This document shows, piece by piece, positions 1 through 11,249 of a stretch of DNA of 22,330 nt. The position numbers were made by a program, and so were the translations under genes. Origin of the DNA: Octopus sinensis (lineage: Eukaryota); contig NW_021836960.1 of assembly GCF_006345805.1 (NCBI RefSeq), positions 1 through 22,330 on the forward strand, in the 5' to 3' direction. The notes beneath the pieces are model-generated. The model had not been told where the DNA came from, did no database searches, and saw only the letters and a program-made list of their open reading frames with translations. Positions within the stretch are counted from its first letter, which is position 1, and each line of letters begins with the position of its first letter.

Positions 1-1111
1 CATTTGGTATGTGGTGTTTCCTTTTTCGTTTCTTTCCTTTTTCTGTTTTTTTTTTATATTTTTGTAAAAGGTACGTTTGAAGCCATCTCGTAATTTTTTT
101 CTTGTTCTTGATATTTTAGTTTATTTTATTTCTGTATATTTTATTTCTTTTTGTTTGTTTGTTTGTTATTCTTTTACCCGTCTAAATCACTTCAAAGTTT
201 ATTTGCCTTTAATGCAACGCCATATTTTCTTGTTGTTTTAGCCTTTAGTGAAAACTGATGGTAATTTAGTATTGCTAACAACTCTATCGATATTAAATAT
301 CACCTAGCCAAGCATATAACACAGACGACGACAACTTGTCAAAACAAAGGGTTCCTACACTCACCGGAACTTATTTTCGCTTGGTCTCTTTTATGATTGA
401 TTGTAAGGTGATTGTTGATTCCAATTAGTGAAAGCGTTTGGGCGTATCTGAAGACGTCTTTTAGCATTAGGGTCCACGTTCGTTCGCTTGTTCGTTCATT
501 TGTCCGTTCGGTCATTCGTTTCCAAGAGTCTTACCTACCTAACTGATAGAAGAAAAGAAAGTTATCACGGTCCGCAGAGCAAGTACTTAATCGGACAAAA
601 TGCGAATGAAAAATTGGCTTTTGATCTATTGCAAGGTTCAACGAGCAATCATGTTTATAAGTTTTAAAGCAAGCCCATATCAAGATATAAGGTACTTTTT
701 GTAGTGACATTAATTTGAAGAAAGCTGACGGGTGGTGGAGAGTATGTGGGTGTTTGGGGGGGTATTTACAGTAAAGCAACCTAGTCATGTAGCGATGAGT
801 GGAATGGCATTATTTAAACAAGAGTCAAAAGAATCTTGACTGAAATTATGAAAAGAAACCGGAATATTAATCATATTTTACAGTCTTTTGATTAAACAAA
901 TTCCACCTTCTTTATTATTTCTGTAACTGTCTTTAATTAAATACTGATTATGTGTGATGTTTATGAAAAACATGCCAAACATCGACAGATGTTTGCAGAG
1001 ATGGTTAATGTTGTGTACGATAACAGGTTGTTCATACTTAGCTACAACAACGTTACCAAAATGTGTTCGGCCAGTTATATTATATTTTCAGCCATATTAT
1101 AATCTTAGTCA

Positions 1112-1160
1112 TATGTGTGTGTACGCGCGCGAGCGTATATATATATAAATATATACATTT

Positions 1161-1202
<42 letters not shown>

Positions 1203-1271
1203 CATATAATATATATATATATATATGCATATACATGTATACATACAAATATATATTACATATATATACAG

Positions 1272-1310
<39 letters not shown>

Positions 1311-1817
1311 TAAGTGTATATAAATATATACATCAAATACATATGCATATATATACATATACATATATACATATATGTATATATATAGCTACATTGGACT
1401 CCAAGTATTCAGTTACCGTTTACTGACACAATATATTTGATGATATAGTGAGAATATATTATGAGTGGAGGGATTTGTATATATATATATATACATAAAT
1501 ATATGTCTATGTGTGCGTGCACACATGTGTGTATGTGTATCTAGGTATATGTATATATGCGTTTACGTATGTATAATGGCTCAGGGTCAGCTGAGAGCAG
1601 TTTTATATGTCAATATAAATATATATATAGATACTATATTGTGTGTGTGTGTGTGTGTGTGCATACGTGTTTGGCATGCGAGCGTGTGTATCATTTTGTG
1701 TTTACAAACAGAAGAAAGCTCAAGACGGAAATACGTGTGTATGCTTATATAGGATATGTATACATACATACATATGTGTTTTCATGTATATATGTGCATA
1801 TATATATATTATATATA

Positions 1818-1857
<40 letters not shown>

Positions 1858-2450
1858 CCTACGTACGTACGCATGTGTCTGTGTGTGAGTCTGTGTGTGC
1901 GTGCGTGTATTCGGTGTGCGTGTTAAATAATATCAAAGGTATATATTTATAAAGTAAGATAATTGGTATGAATTTGGTATCAATAATTCGATATTATAAA
2001 CGACAAGGAACAACTCCAAACGCATTCGCACACAATAGAGTCATACACGTGGACCACACGCACGTACACGCGCAGTCTGTCACTGTATATGCGTGTGTAT
2101 GTGTCCATATATGTGAATATTCATATACTTAAAGTATATAGGTAAGTATGCATATATATATATATAGTTATATATTATATATATGTATGTATATATACAA
2201 CCAAGATTTGTATAGTTTGAACAGGTGTATGAAGCTATATATGTTGTGCTTATATACATATATTTATATATATATATATGTGTGTGTGTATGTACATATA
2301 TATATAATATAAAATCTATATATATATATATATATGAGTGTATATATACATTTGTGTGTACGTGTGCTGTTATTATATGCTCATAAATATATTTTAGATA
2401 TGCATCTTTTTATATGTGTGTACATACAAATAATGTAAGTTGTGAGCAAG

Positions 2451-2507
<57 letters not shown>

Positions 2508-2663
2508 GATAGATAGATAGATAGATTAATTGACTGAATGATTGATTGATAGTGAGATATTATCATTGTAATTGATATATATATATATATTATATATATA
2601 TACATATATATGTATATAATTTGTATATATGCATACGTGAGTATCAATGTGTGCATATATACA

Positions 2664-2733
<70 letters not shown>

Positions 2734-2760
2734 CATACATAAATGTATACATATATATAA
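1112..2760. repeat. Compound microsatellite field: (TA)n, (CA/TG)n, (TACA)n, (GATA)n at ~2451-2526, (GA)n at ~2698-2732
   Basis: Directly visible simple repeats; they account for the YI/CV-rich ORFs. Confidence 0.95.
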
Positions 2761-3249
2761 TCTTTATAATTGATTCTCATTGATTCCATAATTCATACAT
2801 TTATAATGTTATCGGAGACATTTTGGGTTGGGAAGAAACATCAATCAGGAATTCGCAGACCTGAAAAACCGGCACCGAGCAAATGACTAGAACGAAACCT
2901 TGCCAGAGTGTGTCAGAATTATTCAAGTGTTTATCCTGTTATTTGAAAAATCTTGGTTCAAATCGTATATCTAACAACTTTGCTGTTCAGTTTTTATTTT
3001 AGCTTTCACAGATATGCTAGAAATATCAGCCCCAATTTTCTTTAAAATCATGCCCATTACCTTGTTTTCTTTTAAATAAAACAATGTCTGGATATATTAG
3101 TTGATAGGTTTTGTTTAGGATTATATCGGAAGAAATAGGACGGAAAAGCTTGTACGAAACAATCTTTGGTAATAATATTCTTATGGCTCCAGAATGACAT
3201 GGGACTAAACAACCGAAAATACTGTGTTTTGTCCTTTTATCTTAAACAG

Positions 3250-3385
3250 TTTAGTCGATCAAATTGAACACAGTACTTATGATTAATTCTGGTGCTTATG
3301 CTATCGTTCACTTTTGTCGTACGGCGTAAACAAAGCACCTTTTGTTAAATGGTGGTGAGGACAAGCACAAGACCACATACACACA
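3250..3385 (-). mobile_element. Degraded body/tail fragment of octopus tRNA-derived SINE family 1 (OK/OR-type)
   Basis: The reverse complement resembles the GTTTACG...GATAGAATAAGTAC...GTCGATTT.TCGACTAAA body of the fuller copy at 10799-11173. Confidence 0.55.
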
Positions 3386-3549
3386 GGACTTATTCTTTGT
3401 AAACCTAGCACTTATTCTATCGGTCTGTTTTGCCGAACCTCTAAGTTACGGGGACGTAAACGCACCAGCATCGGTCGTCAAGCGATGTTGGGGGGACAAA
3501 CACAGAAACACAAACATACACACACACGCACACACACACACACACATAC

Positions 3550-3584
<35 letters not shown>

Positions 3585-3597
3585 ATATATATATATA

Positions 3598-3637
<40 letters not shown>

Positions 3638-3768
3638 ACGGATTTCTTTCAGTTTCCGCCTACCAAATCCACTCACAACGCTTTGGTTGGCCCGAGGCTT
3701 TAGTAGAGGACACTTGCCCAAGGTGCCACGCAGTGAGACTGAACCCGGAACCATGTGGTTAGTAAGCA
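3386..3768 (-). mobile_element. SINE family 1 copy, 5'-truncated, with expanded internal (CA)n/(TA)n
   Basis: Minus strand reads GCTTACTAACCACATGGTTCCGGGTTCAGTCTCACTGCGTGGCACCTTGGGCAAG (B box GGTTCAGTC), then the microsatellite, then the GACCGATAGAATAAGTGCTAGGTTTACAAAGAATAAGTCC body. Confidence 0.9.
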
Positions 3769-3773
3769 TGTGG

Positions 3774-4368
3774 TTCAAACTGCTCCAGCCTTTGGAATGT
3801 TATCCTAGCTGTAGGTGACCGAGCATTATCTTGATGGAAGAATACCTTTCTTTAAAACTACAAATGATCGTTTTTCTTCTAGCTGACTTGAATGACTGGT
3901 TGAATGAACAAATTCAAGCTTCTCTGCTCGTTCCACAACAGTTACAATGGGACTTTGTTTCACCAGGTTTTGCAGGACATCCTCATCGAGCTCTACAGAT
4001 CTTTCAGGACGATGCTCATCTTCTAGGTAGTAGTTTCCAGCTCGGAATTTCTGGAACCACAAATGATACTGGCTTATGCTTATTGTCCGATCCCTATATA
4101 CTGCATTAATATTCCTCGCACTTTTCGTGGCGTTGTTGTCCTCATTGAACTCATGAATCAAAATATGCTGAATATGCTCCATTGTTACTTTCATTATAGC
4201 TTTGAAAAACATAACTGTTAAAATCGAACTGCATTCTTCAAAACTTGCGCCAAAAACAAAAACAAGGTAAAATTACTACCTGCTTTTATAGCAAGTTTAT
4301 GCAGATAGGTCAAAATGACTTTTAGTTCATGCAATTGAAAAACCAGCATTGTTTATGGGATGACCCAA
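3774..4368 (-). mobile_element. Mariner (Tc1/mariner) transposon, internally deleted and 3'-truncated
   Basis: ORF 3826-4212 encodes the mariner N-terminal HTH region (HILIHEFN...ARNINAVY...WFQKFRAGN..LEDE.R.ER.VELDED.L..LV). It then jumps to the catalytic-region motif RKVFFHQDNAR...RLEQFE in a shifted frame. A TIR-like end TTGGGTCATCCCATAAA lies at 4368-4352. Confidence 0.92.
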
Positions 4369-4377
4369 CACACACGG

Positions 4378-4410
<33 letters not shown>

Positions 4411-4411
<1 letters not shown>

Positions 4412-4623
4412 CTTGATTTAAAATTCTAGCACAAGGCCAGTAAGTTTGGAGAGGGAATAAGTCGATAACATCAACCTCATTGCTCAACAGGTATTTATCC
4501 TATCGACTCCGAAAGGATGAAAGAAAAAGTCGACCTCAACGGAACTTGAACTCAACATAAATAGTAACGAAATACCGCTAAGCATTTTACCCGGCGTGCT
4601 AACCATTCTGCCACCTCGCCGCC
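4411..4623 (-). mobile_element. tRNA-derived SINE family 2 (OR-type), near full length
   Basis: Minus strand GGCGGCGAGGTGGCAGAATGGTTAGCACGCCGG (A box)...GAGTTCAAGTTCC (B box)...GTCGACTTT..CTTTCATCCTTTCGGAGTCGATA; homologous to 6171-6383. Confidence 0.9.
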
Positions 4624-4634
4624 TTCATTTTTTT

Positions 4635-4708
4635 GACTAATAACCCTTCGAGATATGACCGCTCCAGCATGGCCGCAGACAAATGACCTAGTAAAAGAAT
4701 AGAAGAAT
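4635..4708 (+). mobile_element. SINE family 1 3' tail fragment
   Basis: AACCCTTCG...GCTCCAGCATGGCCGCAG.CAAATGAC...GTAAAAGAATA matches the tails at ~11150-11173 and ~17420-17486. Confidence 0.7.
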
Positions 4709-4731
4709 ATACTAAATTTTGTTTCTATGTT

Positions 4732-4950
4732 CAATATTTTAATTTATGAGTTCAATAAAGGCAACAAAGCCACGGAACGTTGCGGGGAATATTAATGCGG
4801 TATATAGGGAATCGGACAATAAGAATAAGCCGGTGTCAACGGTGGTTCCAGAAATTCCGAGCTGGAAACCACTGCCTAGAAGACGAGCATCGTTCTGAAC
4901 GATCTGTAGAGCTCGATGAGGATGTTCTGCAATCCCTGGTGGAACAAAAT
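4732..4950 (+). mobile_element. Mariner transposase HTH fragment (second copy, opposite strand)
   Basis: ILIYEFNKGNKATE (frameshift) NINAVYR (frameshift) RTIRISRCQRWFQKFRAGNHCLEDEHRSERSVELDEDVLQSLVEQ; aligns with 3952-4169 in reverse complement. Confidence 0.92.
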
Positions 4951-4964
4951 TTTTTTTTATTGAT

Positions 4965-5230
4965 CTGAAGGTTACTCCATACTTTGTAGATTACAAATTT
5001 AAAATTCTTAAACAAGAAAATTATTGACAGTAACTTCGAAGTTTCGATCAGTTAAGCAATGGTCGGGCTGCGGTACATTGCAGTTAAGCTTAGCTTTATA
5101 GAGTCTCTGTCGAGTTAAAAATCTTCCTTGGATATGTCGGTTTGAGTGGGAAGGTAATTAGGTCGCAGGGTAGGTTTTGATCGAGAGATATTTTGGAGAA
5201 ATGTTTATTGATTAAATTTGAGGTTTTGTT
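4965..5230 (-). mobile_element. Possible highly decayed non-LTR reverse transcriptase fragment (Jockey/I/L2-group-like)
   Basis: A stop-riddled minus frame, LINKHFSKIS...TAARP...KLRSYCQ...ILNL..KYGVT, loosely follows the 'N.HF...TA.GPD...LK....FN.S...G..P' pattern upstream of RT domain 1. Weak, by eye only. Confidence 0.3.
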
Positions 5231-5889
5231 ATTGTTTAGAATTTATTCATGCATATAGAACTTTGTAAGCAGGTGAGTATATTTAGTTGTTTCCGCTTCA
5301 GAACATGTTATTGCTTTTTAGTGATTCACAAAACGGATGAAGGTAGATACAGGATTTTTTTTTTTTTTTACCAGCGGATCTGCCAATAGTTTTAGTTTTA
5401 TCTTTGGTTTTATTGGATTTAATCCTTTGCTTTGACAATTGATTTTAAAATGTTATATTCTAAATTTTAAAAAACATTTTAAAAAAGAAAAATTAGGAAA
5501 AAGGTCTTCCAACTTGCTTGCATACAAATATATATTAATGTGAGTGTATGTAGGTTTGTGGACTTATGTTAGAAATACTTTTGTGGAGATTGTGGTTGGA
5601 GATAAGAAAACTTTTACATAATTTTCACAGTACTTGCTCAATGTAAAACCATAAAAATGTTTTTTTTTTTTATGTATACTATGCGGATAATTTATGGAGT
5701 AGGAGGAAGGATGAGATGGTTGTGAGATATTTCCATGTTTAACCGTTATAAAAAAGTATTGGTTTGAAATGTTTCAGAGTTTTTAAGATTTTGTGCTTGC
5801 ATGAAGAGACTAGCTCAGAGTTTTAGTTCAGAATTCGTTTCTTGAATGAAAGAATAATCTCATATTCAAGAATCAAATCGATCTGATCT

Positions 5890-6007
5890 GGTTCAAATCC
5901 TGCCTAGGAGTCGATAAAATAAGTACCAGTTGCTTATCGGCGTTCTATGTATTCCACTTATCCTTTCCCCCAAAAATTCTGGCCTTGTACCAAAATTAGA
6001 AGAAATT
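5890..6007 (+). mobile_element. SINE family 2 fragment with internal deletion
   Basis: GGTTCAAATCC...GAGTCGATAAAATAAGTACCAGTTG...CCCCCAAAAATTCTGGCCTTGTACC. Confidence 0.7.
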
Positions 6008-6059
6008 AGAAAAAAAATTATTATTGTCATCACATTTTGTTGCAGTTGTTTTGTTTTAT

Positions 6060-6093
6060 ATGATGATGATGATGATGATGATCATCATCATCA

Positions 6094-6135
<42 letters not shown>

Positions 6136-6170
6136 TATTATTATATTATTATTATTATTATTATTATTAA
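6060..6170. repeat. (GAT)n-(CAT)n-(TAT)n compound trinucleotide repeat
   Basis: Visible directly. Confidence 0.95.
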
Positions 6171-6439
6171 GGCGGCGAGCTGGCAGAATCGTTAGCACGC
6201 CGGAGTGAAATGCGTAGCGGTATTTCGTCTGTCTTTACGTTCTGAGTTCAAATTCTGCCGATGTCGACTTTGGCTTTCGTCCTTCCTGAGTCGATAAATT
6301 AAGTACCAGTTGCGTACTGAGGTCGATCTAATCGACTGGCCCCCACGTCCCTAATTTCAAGCTTTACGCCTATAGTAGAAAGGATTATTATTATTATTAT
6401 TATTGTTGTTGTTGTTGCTGTTGTTATTATTATTATTAT
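6171..6439 (+). mobile_element. SINE family 2 full-length copy with (ATT)n tail (6384-6439)
   Basis: GGCGGCGAGCTGGCAGAATCGTTAGCACGCCGG (A box), GAGTTCAAATTC (B box), GTCGATAAATTAAGTACCAG body, then CCTATAGTAGAAAGG and an (ATT)n tail. Confidence 0.93.
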
Positions 6440-8697
6440 ACAATAGTCTTATTTTTATAACCTGCTTTCACTTCACTACTGAGCGCAGCTCTGTGTGCCT
6501 TGGGTTATGTTCTGTTGTTTGTTGTGATGCTCTTATGGTTACTGTATGGAAAGTGTTTTATGTAGGATGTGTGCAGTGCCTAGTAGTGCTATTTTCTGTA
6601 TGTTATATATACTTATTAGTCCTGGTGATTTTGTTATGTATTTGTCTGAATATTTTTTTTATTTTACTTAATGCACCTACTATGATAGGAATTGTTTCTG
6701 TTTTTGGACTCCACATTCGAGTTACCTTCGTTTCCAGGTTTTTGTATTTTGAAAGTTTTTCCATTTCTTTTAGAGAAACGTTGTCTTCTGCTGGTATTGA
6801 TAGATCGATTAGAAAGCATTTTTTTCTTGGTGATCTCTGACAACTATATCTGGCCTATTGGCCTTAATTTCTCTATCTGTGTGTATTGGTATATCCCAAA
6901 GTATGGTTCCTTTCTCATTTTCTGTGACCTTTTCTGGTGTGTGCTATACCATCTTTTTTTTTTGTTATTCTATAGTGTTGGCATAGCTTCCAGTGTATAT
7001 AGATCCCAACTCTGTCGTGTCTGTGAATATATTCCTTCTTAGCCAGGACTGGGCAGCAGGAGACAATATGGTTTATTGTTTATTGTCCATCTCCACATAT
7101 TCTACAGTTACTTGTTATGTTTCTTTTCATTATATGTTTTTGGTCAATTTTGGTGGGTAGGCTTAGGTCTGTCTTTTTCTTTTACTCTTAGTTTAACCCG
7201 GTATTTGCCATGAAGGGGCTTTTCTTGCCATCGTTTTATCATGATCCATTGCTGTTCTAGTTTTAGTTCGGATTTCAGTTGTTTTACAGCTTTTGTTGTT
7301 TCTTCTTTTTCTTCATAGTTGTTAGGTACTCTGACTTCTTTTTTTTGTATTTGTCAGCTCCCTTAAAGACTGAAAACAGTTTTTTGTTTTGTTCATGGCT
7401 ATTTGTATTAGTTTTCTTTGCTTCTGAAGTAGGTATATTTGTAGTCCTATGGTGGTTATTTTGTAATAGTTTTCGAGCTGTATAAGGCTTCTACCACCCT
7501 CTATACGTTGCATATATAACCTTTCTATGTCAGATTTGGGGTGGTGCATCCTAAATCCTGTCATTATTTTTCTTGTTTTCCAGTCTATTTCGATTAGTTC
7601 ATTTAGTGTCCAGTTAAGCATATTGTAGCTGTAACTTATAACTGGGACAGCTAAAGTGTTGATTCTTATTATCTTGTTTTTCGCATTTAGCTCTGTTTTC
7701 AGTATGAATATAACTCATCTGTAGTATTCTTTTTTATATGTTTTCTTTCATTTGTGTGTGTTGATTCGTAAGTATTTGTATATCTGGTTTTGGTCTAATT
7801 CTGTTATTTCATTTGTTTTATCTAGTGTGACGTTGCTACTCTTAACTAGTTTTCCTATTTACAAGGTTGCTTTCGATGCCAAATTTCATGTTTATTTCTT
7901 TGGTAAATCCATGTAGTCTGTTAATATTTCCATCTGTTTATCATTTGTAGTGTGCAGTTTTAGATCAGCCATATATAAGAGATGGCTGATTATTTTGCCA
8001 TTACAGTTGAATCTACATCCAGTTCTGTTTAGCATGTCAGATAAAGGTGTCAGTGCCAAGCAGAAAAGGTGTAGAGAGAACGTGTCTCCCTGGAATATTC
8101 GTCCTCTAATGGGGATGGCTTTGTTTTTTATGAGTCCCTCTTTTGTCTGGAGCTGTTGCTCTATCTGTCACTTATTCATTGAATGTGTCATATATTGTAG
8201 GATTATTGGTGCTAACTTGCTCATGGCTAGTGTTTCTAGGATCCATGTGTGAGGAATACTATCAAAAGCCTTTCGGTAATCGATCCAAGCCATACTTAGA
8301 TCCTTCTTCTTTCTGCGGTGTCTTCAATAATTTTATTGATCCTTAGCTGATCTTTACAGCCGTATGAGCCCTTGCAGCATCCCTTCTGCTCTTCTGGAAA
8401 CAATTTGTTTTTGCAGTGCCTGTGTGACCTCTTCAGTTGTTATAGAGGTCCAGGTTGTTCAGGTGCTGAGTTCGTTTTTTTTATAGACCTTTTCTGAAGC
8501 TGTTCCTCCACCGACCATATTTCTTTCCAAAATTCTCCCACTTCTTCTGCAGTTGGTGCTGCATTGATCTCTATTTTATTTTTGCCAAGTTCTTGGTAGA
8601 ATCCTTGGGGTTGGAGTTGAACTGCTAATTTTGTTCAAAGAAATGTTGGTGTTTCTCCTACCGACGAATTCGAGGATATCCTGCTTTCTTCTTCTTT
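6440..8697 (-). mobile_element. R4/Dong-clade non-LTR retrotransposon (RT, CCHC, restriction-like endonuclease); 5'-truncated pseudogene copy A
   Basis: Minus-strand motifs, 5' to 3': FYQELG...FWKEIWS (~8500-8610); LFPEEQKGC..AWIDYRKAFDSIPH (~8250-8410); GIFQGD (8084-8098); HLLYMADLKL (~7955-7985); NWT..ELIEIDWKTRKIMT...HPKSDIERLY (ORF 7322-7621); WQEKPLHG; CRIC...H...C knuckle (~7040-7110); RPDIVV..D..LID.SIP...KLSKY RLE (~6730-6860); stop at 6539-6541; 3' UTR; (AAT)n tail. Contains several stops, frameshifts and internal deletions. Confidence 0.93.
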
Positions 8698-8721
8698 TTA
8701 TTATTATTGTTATTATTAGTA

Positions 8722-8772
<51 letters not shown>

Positions 8773-8790
8773 CATTATTATTATTATTAT

Positions 8791-8822
<32 letters not shown>

Positions 8823-8837
8823 TTATTTTTATTATTA

Positions 8838-8870
<33 letters not shown>

Positions 8871-8896
8871 CATTATTATTATTATTATTATTATTA
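8698..8896. repeat. (TTA)n microsatellite at the 5' truncation point of Dong copy A
   Basis: Visible directly. Confidence 0.95.
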
Positions 8897-9645
8897 TCTG
8901 CAGAGTACGACGGCCATGTTTTCGAACGATCTGTGTAAGTCCTCACTATACTCATTATTACACCCATTCGGTGATGCTTTTATGGAATCTTCTTTCCAAT
9001 TTCTTAAAAAACACAGGAACCTGTACTGGATTTTCTGTGGTTGTTTGGCCCCGCTAAGCGTTATTTTGTCTGTCGCTACGTTCAAATTCCGTCGGGGTCG
9101 ACTTTACTTTCATCTTTCGAGGTCGATAAATTAAGTACTATTGAGTACTGGGGTCGATGTAATCGACTTGCTCCTTCCCCAAAATTTCAGGGCTCGTGCC
9201 TATAGTAGATAGGATTATTAGTATTATATTATTATATTATTATTATTATTATTATTATATTATTATATTATTATTATTATTATTATTATCATATTATTAT
9301 TATTATTATTATTATTATTATCTGCAGAGTACGACGGCCATGTTTTCGAACGATCTGTGTAAGTCCTCACTATACTCATTACTTACACCCATTCGGTGCT
9401 GCTTTTATGGAATCTTCTTTCCAATTTCTTATAAAAACACCAGGAACCTGTTACTGGATTTTCTGTGGTTGTTTGGCCCCGCTAAGCGTTATTTTGTCTG
9501 TCGCTACGTTCAAATTCCGTCGGGGTCGACTTTACCTTTCATCCTTTCGAGGTCGATAAATTAAGTACTAGTTGAGTACTGGGGTCGATGTAATCGACTT
9601 GCTCCTTCCCCAAAAATTTCAGGGCTCGTGCCTATAGTAGATAGG
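8897..9645 (+). repeat. Tandem duplication, period 424 bp: unit = ~155 bp unassigned sequence + 5'-truncated SINE family 2 (9053-9213; 9481-9645) + (ATT)n
   Basis: 8897-9213 and 9321-9645 are identical except for 8 single-base indels and 1 substitution. Confidence 0.95.
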
Positions 9646-9710
<65 letters not shown>

Positions 9711-9977
9711 CATTACTACTACTACTATTATTATCATTGTCGTCGTCGTTGGTGTTGTTAAGTACATTGAATTTACTTAATCGACGGAGCTCTTGAAAAA
9801 TGATATACAGTATTCAGCTACATTCTTTTATTGCTAAAACTCATACCACAGGTTTCTATCTTGATTTTCAATTACTGCGTACAAGTAGGGAATATTTTTC
9901 TCGTACATGCACATATGATAATATACATTATGCATACAAGTATGATATAATATATGCCATACATATATATAACGTGA

Positions 9978-10025
<48 letters not shown>

Positions 10026-10036
10026 TATATATATAA

Positions 10037-10372
10037 TTTAGATAAAACTTAGCTATGTTTCGGCCAAAGATTGGTCCAGGCCATGTCTAACTTAATAGCA
10101 CCACCTGATAGTATTATCTAAATCCTTTTTAAGTCAAGTTTTGTTTATTGTCCATTCAAGTAGTGAATTCTTGTTGAGTGAGTTGTATCCATGTATGTGT
10201 GGCTTATCTGATACTCCTTGAAGAAATCTGTTCAGACTCCGTTTAAAGGTGATGGGATCCTTTTCCTCTTTAATCGGTTTTGGTCCAATGTTAAACAGGG
10301 CAGGGCCTGAAAGACGAAAAGAAATTATGTTGCAGTGTACCTATATGTTGTGATCTTGAATTGGGCAGGGAT
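10037..10372 (-). mobile_element. 3' end of a CR1/L2(Crack)-group LINE: ORF C-terminus plus 3' UTR
   Basis: Minus strand LPNSRSQHIGTLQHNFFSS (frameshift) GPALFNIGPKPIKEEKDPITFKRSLNRFLQGVSDKPHIHGYNSLNKNSLLEWTINKT* (stop 10134-10136) fits the 'GP.LFN.LP....FK..LD.FL..VPD.P..GY' terminus. The UTR contains a GGCC..GGCCGAAAC stem-loop. Both flanks are (TA)n. Confidence 0.8.
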
Positions 10373-10470
10373 TATATATATATATATATAATCTGTATAT
10401 ATAAATATATATGATATGCCAACAGCTATAATATCATGTGTATAACACAAATATATGTATATAGATAGAT

Positions 10471-10553
<83 letters not shown>

Positions 10554-10605
10554 GATAGATAGATAGATATATAGAGGGAGAGAGAGAGAGAGAGAGAGAG
10601 AGACC
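10373..10605. repeat. (TA)n, (GACA)n, (GATA)n and (GA)n microsatellites
   Basis: Visible directly. Confidence 0.95.
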
Positions 10606-10621
10606 TTTGACATGTTACAAT

Positions 10622-10765
10622 ATTTGGACTGTGACCATAACTTGACTTATTTTTAAAAGCTTGGTTATTATTCTCTCGCTCCAGGCCGCACCGCTCGATT
10701 ACCGAGACGTAAACAAACCAACACCGGTTATCAAGCAGTGGTGGAGGGCAAACACAAACACACTT
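10622..10765 (-). mobile_element. SINE family 1 body/tail (outer element of nested pair)
   Basis: Reverse complement: GTTTGCCCTCCACCACTGCTTGATAACCGGTGTTGGTTTGTTTACG...AATAAGTC...ATGGTCACAGTCC. Confidence 0.75.
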
Positions 10766-10798
10766 AAAGACGCACACATAGATACATACGTATATACA

Positions 10799-11173
10799 GG
10801 TGCATGCGTGGCTGTGTGGTAATACGATTGTTTCCAGCCACATAGTTCCGGGTTCACTCCTACGACGTGGCACCTTGGGCAAGTATCTTCTACTATAGCC
10901 CCGGGACGACCAAAGGCTTGTGAGTGGATTTGGTTGACAGAAACTGAAAGAAGCCCATCGTATATATACATGTATGCATATATCTATGTGTGTGTGTGCC
11001 TTTGTGTCTATGTTTGTCCCCTCATGACCGGTTGACAACTGGCGTTGATGGGTCTGCGTTCCCATAACTTAGTGGCTCGGCAAAAAAGACCGATAGAATA
11101 AGTACTAGGCTTACAAAGAATAAGTCCTGGGGTCGATTTCTTCGACTAAAACCCTTCAAGGCAGTGCTCCAGC
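10799..11173 (+). mobile_element. SINE family 1 near-full-length copy
   Basis: GGTGCATGCGTGGCTGTGTGG (A box), GGGTTCACTCC (B box), central TA/TG microsatellite, GACCGATAGAATAAGTACTAGGCTTACAAAGAATAAGTCC body, AACCCTTCAAGGCAGTGCTCCAGC tail. Confidence 0.93.
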
Positions 11174-11249
11174 CTATATATAAATAAGAGTATATATACA
11201 AATATATATATATATATATATAATATATATATATATAATATATATATAT

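Noticed and set aside
715-760. Plus-frame KKADGWWRVCG resembling the Gypsy RT 'KKxDGSWRxCxDY' motif
   Set aside because: The surrounding frame is full of stops and no other RT motifs are present; probably chance.
531-788. 85-aa minus-strand ORF
   Set aside because: No recognisable domain; the upstream acceptor at ~842 leads to an in-frame stop; the length is within chance expectation.
6171-6260. SINE heads as genuine tRNA genes (also 10799, 14874)
   Set aside because: They have A/B boxes but no complete cloverleaf or acceptor stem, and they continue into SINE bodies and tails.
9321-9480. Unassigned ~155-bp segment fused to the SINE body; minus frame GQTTTENPVTGSWCFYKKLERRFHKSSTEWV*
   Set aside because: Only 31 codons with no recognisable motif; cannot be called coding.
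10050-10095. GGCC...GGCCGAAAC (minus strand) as a hammerhead
   Set aside because: There is no CUGANGA core, and it lies in the 3' UTR of a CR1/L2-group LINE where a terminal stem-loop is expected.
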